Of a stretch of DNA of 64,000 bases, positions 18,701 to 27,823 are shown one piece after another. Origin of the DNA: Candidatus Vogelbacteria bacterium (GTDB taxonomy: Bacteria; Patescibacteriota; Minisyncoccia; Phycocordibacterales; XYD1-FULL-46-19); contig JAIOOX010000004.1 in NCBI GenBank assembly GCA_021414225.1, forward strand, positions 66,206 through 130,205. The letters are read 5' to 3'. Both the position numbers and the translations under genes were made by a program. Position 1 is the first letter of the stretch; every line of letters starts with the position of its first letter. Under the pieces are notes generated by a model that worked only from the letters and a program-made list of their open reading frames with translations, did no database searches and was not told where the DNA came from.

Positions 18701-20064
18701 TTAGTGTCGGCTGAGTGATATTTTTCAGAAAAAGTTGAACAGTTAAGGGCGCCATTTTGACCTTGAATACAAAATTCTTTAGCGATAGCTGAATTAGAAA
18801 CCTCTAAATTACCATTAACAGACACCTTGCCTGTTAACAAATTACCAGCGTCTGTCCTAATATCGAGAACTTTATTACCACTCTCATCAGCAAAGCTAAA
18901 ACCTTGAGCGTTAGGGCTATCAGTTTTTAGCATTAAAGACTTATCTGTATCATTAATTATGTACCAATTTTGGCCACTAGCACCCTGAAGACGGAAAAGT
19001 CTAGCAAGGTCACCAACCACACCAGTCGCACTAACACTCAATTTGGAACCAAAAGCTGAATTAGAACCTATAGCTAAATTCCAATTATTTTTTCCATTTA
19101 CTAGAGGGGCGTCAGTTTGGTCTATGGAAATAGAATTATACTCAGGCTTCTTTAACCAGTAGTTATCGCCGGTCATTTTCGTACAAACTCGACTAGCGCC
19201 AGTACCAACACAGTTATATAGGTCACCATCGTAAGTGATATCGCCACCAACATTAAGATCGTCGTAAACGTTAACCAATCTTTTACTACCAGCCAAACCG
19301 CCACCGTAAATATCAAGAGATCTAGGTGCGGTATTGTTGTATCTTATTTTTCCAGCATCAGTCGCCTTAGTACCTGGAAGAACGGTCCCAAATTCCAAAG
19401 AATTAGCACCAATAATTTCTGCCCCTTTACCCAAGATACTTGTTTCACTAACAGAGAATCTACCTGCAATACCTAGGTTAGCTTTAATCCCAACATTTCC
19501 ATTAGGGTTTTTATTTACCAGTTGACCCACATCATTAACCTCCCAATTGCTATCACCACCACTAGTGGTACAAGCACCACTTTGAACACATTCATTATAG
19601 ATAGTTTGAAAATCAGCCCAATCAGCACTACCAGAACTATCAGTTGAAATTAAAATTTTATTTTCACCAGCAGTCGAAGTGGCGTACTGGAAACTCTCAC
19701 CGGCACCAAGCATTTTGGTCGCTAAAATACTTCTAGCAACCAAAAAATTGTCCACAACAAGACTGTCGTTACCACTAGTCAAATCACCAGTACCAATATT
19801 AACAACATTACCAAAAAGACACTTAAAACCGCCCAAAAGACCACTGCCAGGAATACAATCTGGAGCCTCTATATTTTTTACCACCAACTTACCACCTAGA
19901 GTTAAACCACCATCTTTTTTCTGACTAGTAGCAGTGACGTTAATCGGTTCTGGAGCATTATTATCTGGTGGGTTGGACGGAGCTGGTGTCCAGGCGGCTT
20001 GAGCGGTAACCACCAAGGTCAGGAGAAGGAGAACTGAAGTGAGAAATATTTTACTGGATTTCAT
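15751..20064 (-). CDS. Giant secreted surface protein (1437 aa), adhesin-like, Gly/Ser/Asn/Thr-rich with a Cys-rich C-terminus
   Basis: Signal peptide MKSSKIFLTSVLLLLTLVVTAQA|AW. Long low-complexity beta-rich body. Cys-rich C-terminal module. Immediately upstream of pilB on the same strand. Confidence 0.5.
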   Translation of the reverse strand: MKSSKIFLTSVLLLLTLVVTAQAAWTPAPSNPPDNNAPEPINVTATSQKKDGGLTLGGKLVVKNIEAPDCIPGSGLLGGFKCLFGNVVNIGTGDLTSGNDSLVVDNFLVARSILATKMLGAGESFQYATSTAGENKILISTDSSGSADWADFQTIYNECVQSGACTTSGGDSNWEVNDVGQLVNKNPNGNVGIKANLGIAGRFSVSETSILGKGAEIIGANSLEFGTVLPGTKATDAGKIRYNNTAPRSLDIYGGGLAGSKRLVNVYDDLNVGGDITYDGDLYNCVGTGASRVCTKMTGDNYWLKKPEYNSISIDQTDAPLVNGKNNWNLAIGSNSAFGSKLSVSATGVVGDLARLFRLQGASGQNWYIINDTDKSLMLKTDSPNAQGFSFADESGNKVLDIRTDAGNLLTGKVSVNGNLEVSNSAIAKEFCIQGQNGALNCSTFSEKYHSADTNKDWKISSGEYNTYLAFYNAGAYHCDSNTSSGYAPGSGSTNCTPSDADYEPQDWKISLSENLRLIQMRNSTQYRPCVGGEDGFCVFVDDSLNNVSNGISTGQTLAWSGSKWEPNSVLNVSPQTSNVLLNGVFNILGVIGGKTETASIKIVPTTLDNNATPALSLDGGGANREVYIPGILTIGNETNSSNAQSKLILRDGNQGEGKVLVSNSLGFASWKATSTLNISGGDSNWTKVGNDLFNTNSGKVVITAGNPSHTLNLNSSASPLIGESAEFVVNNRASFAYDGPAQAVVISDADADKDIVFKSGRGSGTNSIERLRIDNGTGNVGVGTNAPTSLFTVLKNVAGGRGGEISIVNGANPQVNNEAALNFGLEPSTYNGNAGNSQIKSILTNVNGSADLVFSGWNGVAGSGGSFSEYMRIKSGGSVGIGTNAPKTKLDVNGDTNVDGKLIVSSESGFSGANLEVTGQALIRGNGARLFLASSESTNPDPTQTPVWNLDNYTGGGLDKGFRIYRQANMGTNQAQWPTEAFMIEGVNGNVGIGRVPTQTGTKLDIGGEITVRGGTPGLNKVLTATDSTGKAVWKTLAEIGGGSGLPGGQADQTLRYDNGAWVGTDSLKIADGGVVTAGADLQVMGASLVVGNQAVFGNLGLGILGQATTKLDVNGQIRIRGGSPGLNKILVSDANGLATWQNASVIIPSVTDNDKQTLSFSNNTLAISGGNSIPLYSAGTGLVISGNTLSTQNTQALWNANQLQGRSVVATVPSNGQVLKWNGSAWAPSNETLSGLPVANSTNANQILKSNGTSWVAGGSNLIMESGTGKVGINLPGLATLQSTNEKLRVMGGVLTDRLRVQGSSGSSGGDPAPAVGRVLTAKDSTGQAIWDDVKIASIYCEWTKNSSGNFVASGGCTGSIASSDANDNYILTCPATYKVVSGGAWCDSSFGSMNALRESRPNSANSWKISCRRTSSLFGSTSSQPNGASLVCAK

Positions 20065-20076
20065 ATTAAATAAAGA

Positions 20077-20427
20077 TTATTTAGTTTTTAATTGCTTCAA
20101 CACTTCTTCAATTTCAGCTGGTGTTGGCTCCTTAGCACCAGCAGAGCCAGAAGCCTGAGCGGATGGTTTAGACAATTGCTCCAAAATTGCTTTAGTTTCA
20201 GCTGCAGTTGGTGGAGGAACAGGTTTACCATCAGCTCCAACTGGGGGTTTACTCAACTCTTTTAAGATCTGACTCACTTCTTCAGGAGACAGATCTTGCC
20301 CAGAGTTTATTGAACCATCTCCAGCTGTATTTTGGCTGTTGGACAACCAAACCAGACCAACTACTATAAGGACAATTACTACGACACCGATAATAGTAGA
20401 AATAATTTTACTGCTGGATGAATTCAT
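20077..20427 (-). CDS. Small membrane-anchored Pro/Ala-rich protein with an internal duplicated ILxxLSKP motif
   Basis: N-terminal TM IISTIIGVVVIVLIVVGLVWL. The motifs SQILKELSKPP and KAILEQLSKPS repeat. Confidence 0.4.
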   Translation of the reverse strand: MNSSSSKIISTIIGVVVIVLIVVGLVWLSNSQNTAGDGSINSGQDLSPEEVSQILKELSKPPVGADGKPVPPPTAAETKAILEQLSKPSAQASGSAGAKEPTPAEIEEVLKQLKTK

Positions 20428-20677
20428 AAAATAAGTTTTTAAAAATTAATAAGTATTAAATATCCAAAAAATATAAAATGTAGGAGAAACCCACTACACC
20501 ACAATATTACATTAAACATAATACCAACAAACAAGTCTGCTCACAATAAAAAAGTTAACTCAATGTTGATAACCTGAATCAGATACGTGGCCACTTTTAA
20601 TTCGTTTTATTAAAAAAATATCTATTTATTAACTTATTTTTTAAAATAAACTCAAATATTTATTCCACCCACCAAGC

Positions 20678-20706
20678 TTGCAAAGTAGACCTGGACGTGA
20701 TATACT
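20678..20706 (+). promoter_or_regulatory. Sigma70-like promoter TTGCAA-17-TATACT upstream of nusA
   Basis: ttgcaa (20678-20683), a 17-nt spacer, tatact (20701-20706). About 100 nt upstream of the nusA ATG. Confidence 0.4.
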
Positions 20707-20734
20707 TAATCATAACGATATGAGACTGTCTGAA

Positions 20735-20766
20735 TGTCCGCTCCGAGAGGAAACGGACATTTTTAG
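20735..20766 (+). terminator. Intrinsic terminator-like hairpin in the nusA leader (candidate attenuator)
   Basis: tgtccg-ctccgagaggaaa-cggaca followed by tttttag. It lies between the putative promoter and the nusA ATG (20809). Confidence 0.4.
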
Positions 20767-20808
20767 TTAAAATTTCGTTTAAAATAATTATTCATAGCTA
20801 AAATATTT

Positions 20809-21990
20809 ATGATCGATTTAAAAGCACTCAAAGGAGCTCTTGATCAATTAGAAGAAGAGCGCAACATTCCTCAAGATAAAATAATCGAAGCGATTGCTGA
20901 CTCTTTGGTGGCCGCTTACAAAAAAGATTACGGTAAGAAAGGACAGATTGTCCGGGCTCATTTTGATATGGATTCAGGTAAAATTGAGTTCCAGCAAATT
21001 AAAATTGCTGTCGACAACACCACTGTCCGCCTAGCTGAAGAAGAACCAACTGACGACTTGGATGAACGACCTCGTTTCAATGAAGAACACCATATCTGGC
21101 TAGAAGACGCCCAGAAGATTAAGCGTGACTGTCAATTGGGAGACGAATTAATCTTTCCGCTCGACACTCAGGAAGATTTTGGCCGAATAGCCGCTCAAAC
21201 AGCCAAACAAGTAATCATCCAACGAATCCGAGAGGCAGAAAAAGTCTCTATTTTAGATGAATATGAGGGACGCGAAGGCGATATTATTAATGGAAAAGTC
21301 CAAAAACTAGATCGGGGCAACGTTTTCATCGACCTTGGTCGAACAACAGCCATCTTGCCTTACGAGGAACAAGTGCCAGGCGAATATTATCGTCAAGGTG
21401 AACGGATCCGCGCTTATTTGTTTAAAGTAGAAGACACTCCTCGTGGCATTGCTTTAAAACTGTCTCGTTCTCATCCTAAATTTGTTGAAAAACTATTTGC
21501 TGTAGAAGCACCCGAGATCGCCAATGGCACCGTAGAAGTCAAAGCGATCGCCCGAGAAGCTGGTTCGCGCACCAAAATAGCAGTTATTTCTCACGACCAA
21601 AACATCGACGCTGTCGGTTCTTGTGTCGGCCAAAAAGGCTCACGAGTAAACACCGTTATTACCGAACTAGGGGGTGAAAAAATCGACATTATTGAATGGT
21701 CAGACCGAACTGAAACTTTTATCGGCAGTGCTTTATCACCGGCCAAAATCAACGAAGTTAAGATAGACGAAGAAAACCGCTCCGCTACTATTAGTGTCGA
21801 TCCTGACCAGTTTTCACTAGCAGTTGGTAAAGGTGGCCAAAACGTCCGCCTAGCAGCCAAGCTAACTGGTTGGAGAATTGATATTGTTACCCCTGAAGGG
21901 TCAAATAAAGACTTAGCTGAAGTAGTAGAAAAAGTGACCACCGAAGAGACTCCCACTGAACCAGTTTCTACCGAAGAGGCTACTGTTTAA
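20809..21990 (+). CDS. nusA: Transcription termination/antitermination factor NusA
   Basis: NusA N-terminal domain (LEEERNIPQDKIIEAIADSL), S1 and two KH regions (GxxG: CVGQKGSRV, AVGKGGQNV). Confidence 0.9.
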   Translation: MIDLKALKGALDQLEEERNIPQDKIIEAIADSLVAAYKKDYGKKGQIVRAHFDMDSGKIEFQQIKIAVDNTTVRLAEEEPTDDLDERPRFNEEHHIWLEDAQKIKRDCQLGDELIFPLDTQEDFGRIAAQTAKQVIIQRIREAEKVSILDEYEGREGDIINGKVQKLDRGNVFIDLGRTTAILPYEEQVPGEYYRQGERIRAYLFKVEDTPRGIALKLSRSHPKFVEKLFAVEAPEIANGTVEVKAIAREAGSRTKIAVISHDQNIDAVGSCVGQKGSRVNTVITELGGEKIDIIEWSDRTETFIGSALSPAKINEVKIDEENRSATISVDPDQFSLAVGKGGQNVRLAAKLTGWRIDIVTPEGSNKDLAEVVEKVTTEETPTEPVSTEEATV

Positions 21991-22014
21991 TTATTAATTT
22001 AATCTAAATATCTT

Positions 22015-22548
22015 ATGAAAAATCTGTGGCACGACATTCCATTTGGAAAAAGTAACAATAAATTCAACGTCATTATCGAGATTCCAAAACTCTCTCGAGT
22101 CAAATATGAACTAGACAAAGAAACTGGATTAATTCATGTCGACCGTGTTTTGTATTCACCAATGCACTACCCGGCCAACTATGGTTTCGTACCTCAAACT
22201 TTATGGGATGACGGCGACCCGTTGGATGTTTTAGTTATGTCTCATGAACCATTTGTCCCAGGCTGCCTAGTCGAAGTTCGACCGATCGGTATTATGGAGA
22301 TGCAGGACGATGGCGAAGGCGATGCTAAAGTTTTAGCAGTGCCAACCAAAGACCCTCGTTTTAACACTGTCACTGACATTAGAAATCTAGAACCACACAC
22401 TTTGGACGAAATTTCTCACTTCTTCAAAGTTTACAAAGACTTACAAAAAAAAGAAGTGGTGGTGGGAGAGTGGCTTGGTCACGAAGAAGCCGAAAAAGCG
22501 GTAGACCACTCTATAGAAGTTTACAATCAAAAATATCCTCGTTCTTAA
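22015..22548 (+). CDS. ppa: Inorganic pyrophosphatase
   Basis: DGDPLDVLV and family I PPase motifs; 177 aa. Confidence 0.9.
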   Translation: MKNLWHDIPFGKSNNKFNVIIEIPKLSRVKYELDKETGLIHVDRVLYSPMHYPANYGFVPQTLWDDGDPLDVLVMSHEPFVPGCLVEVRPIGIMEMQDDGEGDAKVLAVPTKDPRFNTVTDIRNLEPHTLDEISHFFKVYKDLQKKEVVVGEWLGHEEAEKAVDHSIEVYNQKYPRS

Positions 22549-22665
22549 ACCCTTTCTGGACAATCACAACAAATAGCTCCATATGGTATACTTAAAGTTA
22601 CCCTATGGGCTTTTTGTTTAATGGTCTAAAAAGCCTGAGGGTTTAACAGATTTACTTAAAAACAT

Positions 22666-23397
22666 ATGAAATACTATAAAATTATTCCTTTAATAATCGC
22701 CATGGCTTTAGTGGTAGCTAGTCCAATCCCAGTATTAGCTGAGGACTCCCCCAGTATAACCAACACCCTAAAAGAACGAGCTCGTGAGGCTAGAGAAAAA
22801 TTCCAAGCTGAACGTGAAGCGGTTAAAGAGCAAGGACTTAAGGACAGGGCTGAATTTAAAGGAGAAAGAGCGGAGATCAGGGGAGAACACCAGGATAAAA
22901 TTAAAAGTATCTTAGATGATGATTCTGTCAGTACTAGCTCTAAAAGAGACCTTTTAAAAGATGAACGAGAGATGCGCCGAGGAAAGGTGGACGATTTAAA
23001 AAAAGATCGAATTGAAGCTTACGCTAGTCGTATCACTCGTCGACTAACCGCTGCTATTGAACGTATTAGCAGCCTAATTGATCGAGTAGAAGAAAGATTA
23101 ACTAAAGCTGATGCCAAAGGAATAGATATCACCAAAGCTCAAGGTCTCATTAGCGAAGCGCGGACCAACCTTAGTGAAGCCAAAGTTGGTTTAGCTGACT
23201 TCCAGGCCAAGGTTAGTGATTTGGTAACTACTTCCACCCCAGGTGAATCATTTGTGAAGGCAAAAGAAGCAGCCGGCACAGTGATTACTAAAATCAAAAC
23301 CGCTCATGCTAAAATAGTAGAAGCGATCACTTCTCTTAAAGCCGACCTGAAAGACAGTCCAGACGATCAATCAGATGATAGTAGTGCTTCAAATTAA
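22666..23397 (+). CDS. Hypothetical secreted coiled-coil protein
   Basis: Signal peptide, then a charged helical region. Confidence 0.4.
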   Translation: MKYYKIIPLIIAMALVVASPIPVLAEDSPSITNTLKERAREAREKFQAEREAVKEQGLKDRAEFKGERAEIRGEHQDKIKSILDDDSVSTSSKRDLLKDEREMRRGKVDDLKKDRIEAYASRITRRLTAAIERISSLIDRVEERLTKADAKGIDITKAQGLISEARTNLSEAKVGLADFQAKVSDLVTTSTPGESFVKAKEAAGTVITKIKTAHAKIVEAITSLKADLKDSPDDQSDDSSASN

Positions 23398-23417
23398 TTA
23401 TTAGTTATTTTTTATTC

Positions 23418-23705
23418 ATGGACACTCAAAACAAAAACCCAGAGTCAGTTGGACCAGTATTAGGTATCGTAATTATTATTGCTATTCTAGTAGTTGGTGG
23501 TATCTTCGCCTTTACCAATCGCTTAAGTATCAACAATAGTACTCAGTCAGCTGAAGAGATTGAAGTTTCACCTGATGAAACAACTATTAACCTAAGTACC
23601 CAGAGTACCTCCACCGATCTGACCACTATTGAAGCGGACGCTCAAGCCACCGACCTCAACAATCTCGATATCGAGCTTGAAGCGATGCAAAAGGAGTTAG
23701 AATAA
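23418..23705 (+). CDS. Hypothetical small membrane protein
   Basis: TM VLGIVIIIAILVVGGIFAF, then a Ser/Thr-rich tail. Confidence 0.4.
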   Translation: MDTQNKNPESVGPVLGIVIIIAILVVGGIFAFTNRLSINNSTQSAEEIEVSPDETTINLSTQSTSTDLTTIEADAQATDLNNLDIELEAMQKELE

Positions 23706-23730
23706 AAGAGATTAATAAATTTCTCGTCAC

Positions 23731-23763
23731 CAAAAAAACTGGCCCCTACGGCCAGTTTTTTTG
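23731..23763 (+). terminator. Rho-independent terminator
   Basis: aaaaaaactggcc-cctac-ggccagttttttt. Confidence 0.6.
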
Positions 23764-23824
23764 GTGGCAAATCAAATTAAACCCCTAATTGCAATTCCTA
23801 AAAAATCCGCTATGCTAGAGGCCT

Positions 23825-24880
23825 ATGACTAATATAAAAATCAATAAAATTAACGACAGTGAGGTAGAAATTATCGGTGAAGTTGAGTCGGTTGAGTTTA
23901 TGAAACACTGGACTCCAGTCGTGAAAAAACTTAATGAGCAAGTCACTCTCGATGGTTTTCGCAAAGGCAACGCTCCTGAAAAAATCTTACTAGAAAAAAT
24001 CGGTGAAGAAAAAGTTCTAATTGAGATGGCTGACACCGTCTTTGCTAAGCTTTACCCAGAAATCCTGACTGAGCACAAGATCGACGCCATCGGCCAACCG
24101 CAGGTTTCTATCACCAAACTCGCCAAGGATAATCCCCTCGGTTTCACTATTAAAACCGCTATTGTTCCAACTTTAAAACTACCCGATTATAAAAAGATTG
24201 CTAAAGAGACTGTGGCGAAAACCGAAAAACCAACCGAAGTAACCGACAAAGAAATAGAAGACGTCATCTTTGAATTACAAAAACAACGAGCCATGTCGTT
24301 GGAGGAAAATAAAGACCTCAAACCGGAAGATAAAGACAAGTTGGTCCTCCCGGAAATTACTGATGAGTTCGTGAAAACTCTCGGTAAATTTGAAAATGTG
24401 GCTGACTTTAAAGCCAAGATTAGAGAAAATTTAGGATCAGATAAAGAATTTAGAGCCAAGGAGAAAACTCGTCTCGCTATTATGGACGCTATTGCTGAGA
24501 AGATCGAAGTCACTATTCCTGACATCTTGGTTGAGAGCGAACTAAACAAAATGGTTCAAGAATTAAAATATGAAACCAATCGCATGGGCCTAAAGTTTGA
24601 TGATTACCTGATTCACCTCAAGAAAACCGAAGACGAACTCAAACATAACTGGAAAGCTGACGCTGAAAAACGAGTAAAGTTAGGTTTAGTGGTCAACGCG
24701 ATAATTGACGATGCTAAATTAGAAGCTACTAAGGAGGAATTGGAGCACGAAGTTAGTCACATGCTTGGTCATATGGGCGATCAACAGCCGAGCGATAAAG
24801 ATTTACCTCGTGTCCATTCCTACGCCGAAAACACCATCCTCCACAAAAAAGTCTTCGAGCTATTAGAAAATAATAAATAA
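23825..24880 (+). CDS. tig: Trigger factor, short form: N-terminal ribosome-binding and C-terminal domains, no PPIase domain
   Basis: GFRKGNAPEKIL (GFRxGxxP signature) in the N-domain. Immediately upstream of clpP (conserved tig-clpP order). 351 aa versus about 430 typical. Confidence 0.7.
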   Translation: MTNIKINKINDSEVEIIGEVESVEFMKHWTPVVKKLNEQVTLDGFRKGNAPEKILLEKIGEEKVLIEMADTVFAKLYPEILTEHKIDAIGQPQVSITKLAKDNPLGFTIKTAIVPTLKLPDYKKIAKETVAKTEKPTEVTDKEIEDVIFELQKQRAMSLEENKDLKPEDKDKLVLPEITDEFVKTLGKFENVADFKAKIRENLGSDKEFRAKEKTRLAIMDAIAEKIEVTIPDILVESELNKMVQELKYETNRMGLKFDDYLIHLKKTEDELKHNWKADAEKRVKLGLVVNAIIDDAKLEATKEELEHEVSHMLGHMGDQQPSDKDLPRVHSYAENTILHKKVFELLENNK

Positions 24881-24926
24881 TGATAAACTTTTTCTAATTA
24901 CTAGTCTTCGTTAAAACACAAATTAT

Positions 24927-25511
24927 ATGTTAATACCAACCGTAATCGAAAAATCACCACTCGGCGAACGAGCCTACGATATTTACTCACGCCTATTAAA
25001 GGAACGAATTATTTTTTTGGGCGGCATTGTGGACGACTATGTGGCCAACCTAATCATCGCTCAATTATTGTTTTTGGAATCTGAAGATCCTAAAAAGGAT
25101 GTCACTCTATATATCAACTCCCCTGGTGGCTCAGTCAGTGCCGGTCTCGCTATTTACGACACTATGAATCACATTAAACCAGACGTTTCGACTGTCTGTG
25201 TCGGCCTCGCCGCTTCCATGGGAGCTTTCTTGTTATCATCAGGAACCAAAGGCAAGCGCTTTATGCTTCCCAACGCTGAAGCCATGATTCACCAAGTCAT
25301 GGGTGGGGCGGAAGGCCAAGCCTCTGATATTGCTATCAGCGCTAAACACATCCTTCGCACTAAGGACACTTTAAACAAAATCTTAGCTAAAAACACTGGT
25401 CAAAAGGTTGAGCAAGTTGAAAAGGACTCCGATCGCGACAACTACATGACGGCCGAAGAAGCCAAGAAATACGGTTTAGTCGATGACATTGTAAAACCAA
25501 AGAGTCGGTAA
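24927..25511 (+). CDS. clpP: ATP-dependent Clp protease proteolytic subunit
   Basis: [20 protein letters not shown] (active-site Ser), MIHQ (His), catalytic Asp. Confidence 0.95.
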   Translation: MLIPTVIEKSPLGERAYDIYSRLLKERIIFLGGIVDDYVANLIIAQLLFLESEDPKKDVTLYINSPGGSVSAGLAIYDTMNHIKPDVSTVCVGLAASMGAFLLSSGTKGKRFMLPNAEAMIHQVMGGAEGQASDIAISAKHILRTKDTLNKILAKNTGQKVEQVEKDSDRDNYMTAEEAKKYGLVDDIVKPKSR

Positions 25512-25527
25512 AACAAGAGACGGATAC

Positions 25528-25558
25528 CAAAAAACTGGCCACACGGGCCAGTTTTTTG
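25528..25558 (+). terminator. Rho-independent terminator, near-identical to the one at 23731
   Basis: aaaaaactggcc-acacg-ggccagtttttt. Confidence 0.6.
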
Positions 25559-25812
25559 GTATCCAACCACACTAGACAAAGACAAAATAATTTGATATTG
25601 TAAAAAAGTCCTTATTATTAAATTTGATTTTACGACACCCTTACCTTTTCGAATTTTTAAGCCTATTTTTTCCGATTTCACTCTTATGTTCACTCAGATT
25701 CACTTCTATCAATCGCTAGTCATTCACAACCAAAGAGTATCTTAAAATATCAACCGCTAGTGGAGCGGTTGGCTTCGAAAATTGACAAGGAACATTGGTG
25801 TTGACCACAGCC

Positions 25813-27342
25813 ATGTCACTAATTACATTCATCATTATCACCGGCGCCGCCGGTCTCGGTGGGATTGTGGTTGGTTACTTCCTGCGCTGGTTGGTCACCT
25901 TGGGCCAGAAGGGCTCAATGGAACTAACCATTAAACAGCAATTACTTGAAGCAAAAGAAGAAGCTCAAAAAATTGTTGCCAGCGCCGAAACAGAAGCAAC
26001 CACCATCCTCCAAGAAGCTAAGGTTCAAGAAAAAGAAAAAGAAACCCAGCTCAAGAAATTAGAAGACCGTCTTATTAATAAAGATGAGATTCTTGATAAA
26101 CGCCAAGTTGATATCGACAAAGAAGCTGAATCACTCAAACTACGTGCTGAGGAATTAAAGAAGATAAAAGAGAAGGTTGACGGTCTAGGAGCAGAAGCTC
26201 AAAAAGAACTAGAACGGGTATCTAGTATGTCAGCTGAAGAAGCCAAGCAAGAACTCCTAAACACTATTGAGAAAAACTATAGCGAGGATTTGTTGGTTCG
26301 GATGCATAAAATAGAAATGACTGGGGCAGAACGTCTAGAACAAAAAGCCAAAGACATTCTAGCTACTGTTATCCAACGGCTCTCTACTTCGACTGTCCCA
26401 GAAGTCATGTCCACCACCGTCGATATTCCTTCCGACGACATCAAAGGTAAGATCATTGGCAAAGAAGGTCGTAATATTCGAACCTTCGAAAAAGCGACTG
26501 GGGTGGAAGTTATCATAGATGACACTCCAGGTTCAATCGTTCTGTCTTCTTTTGATCCAGTCCGTCGACAAATCGCTCGGGTAGCTCTGGAAAACCTAAT
26601 TCTCGATGGCCGCATTCAACCAGCCAAAATTGAAGAGATGGTAGAAAAAGCTAAAGAAGAAATTTCCAAAATTATTAAAGAAAAGGGCGAGCAAGCGGCT
26701 TATGAAGTTGGTGTCTTCAACCTCGACCCCCGTATTCTTCTAATCTTAGGCCGACTCCACTTCAGGACTAGTTATGGCCAAAACGTCCTTCAACACTCTA
26801 TTGAAGCGGCTCATATTGCTAGTATGCTAGCTGAAGAGCTCGGTGGTGATGTTCAAGTAGCTAAGGCTGGAACCTTACTCCACGACATCGGAAAGGCTGT
26901 GGACCATGAAGTGGCAGGTACTCACGTGGAGATCGGCCGACGAATTCTCGACAAGTTCGGGGCTGGTGAAGCTATTATCAAAGCGATGCAGTCTCACCAT
27001 GAGGAATATCCTTATGAAACCCTAGAATCTATCATTGTTAAGGTGGCGGATTCTATTTCCGGTGGTCGCCCAGGTGCCCGTCGTGACAGTATTGAAAACT
27101 ATCTGAAACGACTTAAGGATCTGGAAGACATTGCCAACAGCTTTAAAGGTATTGAACGTAGTTATGCTATCCAGGCGGGACGAGAAATACGAGTTTTTGT
27201 TAAACCAGAAGAAATGAATGATTTTGAGTCCAAACAACTAGCTCGTGATATCGCCCTCCGGATCGAAAAAGAACTTAAATACCCAGGCGAAATCAAAGTA
27301 ACAGTCATTCGTGAGGCAAGAGTAATAGAATACGCCAGATAA
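25813..27342 (+). CDS. rny: Ribonuclease Y
   Basis: N-terminal TM, coiled-coil, KH (GKIIGKEGRNIR), HD domain (LLHDIGK). ATG 25813 preferred over TTG 25795. Confidence 0.85.
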   Translation: MSLITFIIITGAAGLGGIVVGYFLRWLVTLGQKGSMELTIKQQLLEAKEEAQKIVASAETEATTILQEAKVQEKEKETQLKKLEDRLINKDEILDKRQVDIDKEAESLKLRAEELKKIKEKVDGLGAEAQKELERVSSMSAEEAKQELLNTIEKNYSEDLLVRMHKIEMTGAERLEQKAKDILATVIQRLSTSTVPEVMSTTVDIPSDDIKGKIIGKEGRNIRTFEKATGVEVIIDDTPGSIVLSSFDPVRRQIARVALENLILDGRIQPAKIEEMVEKAKEEISKIIKEKGEQAAYEVGVFNLDPRILLILGRLHFRTSYGQNVLQHSIEAAHIASMLAEELGGDVQVAKAGTLLHDIGKAVDHEVAGTHVEIGRRILDKFGAGEAIIKAMQSHHEEYPYETLESIIVKVADSISGGRPGARRDSIENYLKRLKDLEDIANSFKGIERSYAIQAGREIRVFVKPEEMNDFESKQLARDIALRIEKELKYPGEIKVTVIREARVIEYAR

Positions 27343-27367
27343 TAAGACAATATTAAATAAAATCAGT

Positions 27368-27410
27368 CAAAAAGCCCGCTCTAAAACCTATGTATTGCGG
27401 GCTTTTTTGC
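27368..27410 (+). terminator. Terminator hairpin after rny
   Basis: aaaaagcccgc...gcgggcttttttg. Confidence 0.45.
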
Positions 27411-27473
27411 CCCACGTTATAATAAAGAGGTGGAGAAACTAAGGTCGTCTTATTAACATAAGGTAATATTAGT

Positions 27474-27746
27474 ATGAACAAACAAGCCCTTGTCGATGTC
27501 GTCCACGAAATAGTTGGCGGCACCAAAACAAATGCTGAAAAAGCAGTTGATGCTATCATTGAAAACATCACCAAAACATTGAAAAAGGGTGATGAAGTAT
27601 CAATCGCTGGTCTTGGTATTTTTTCTTCTAAAGTTCGCGCTGCTCGAACAGCTCGAAATCCTCGAACTGGTGAAGCTGTATCTGTGCCAGCCATGCGGGT
27701 ACCGAAGTTTCGTCCAGCCAAAGCCTTGAAGGACGCGGTGAAATAA
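27474..27746 (+). CDS. hup: DNA-binding protein HU
   Basis: RNPRTGEAVSVPAMRVPKFRPAKALKDAV beta-arm; 90 aa. Confidence 0.9.
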   Translation: MNKQALVDVVHEIVGGTKTNAEKAVDAIIENITKTLKKGDEVSIAGLGIFSSKVRAARTARNPRTGEAVSVPAMRVPKFRPAKALKDAVK

Positions 27747-27780
27747 TAAGCGCAAATATTTAATATTTGCCACTACAACA

Positions 27781-27810
27781 AAAATTCCCACTTCGGTGGG
27801 AATTTTTGTT
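27781..27810 (+). terminator. Rho-independent terminator after hup, preceded by a second 9-bp palindrome
   Basis: attcccac-ttcg-gtgggaattttt. Also gcaaatatt/aatatttgc at 27750-27770. Confidence 0.6.
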
Positions 27811-27823
27811 TCTGTTTTTTAAG

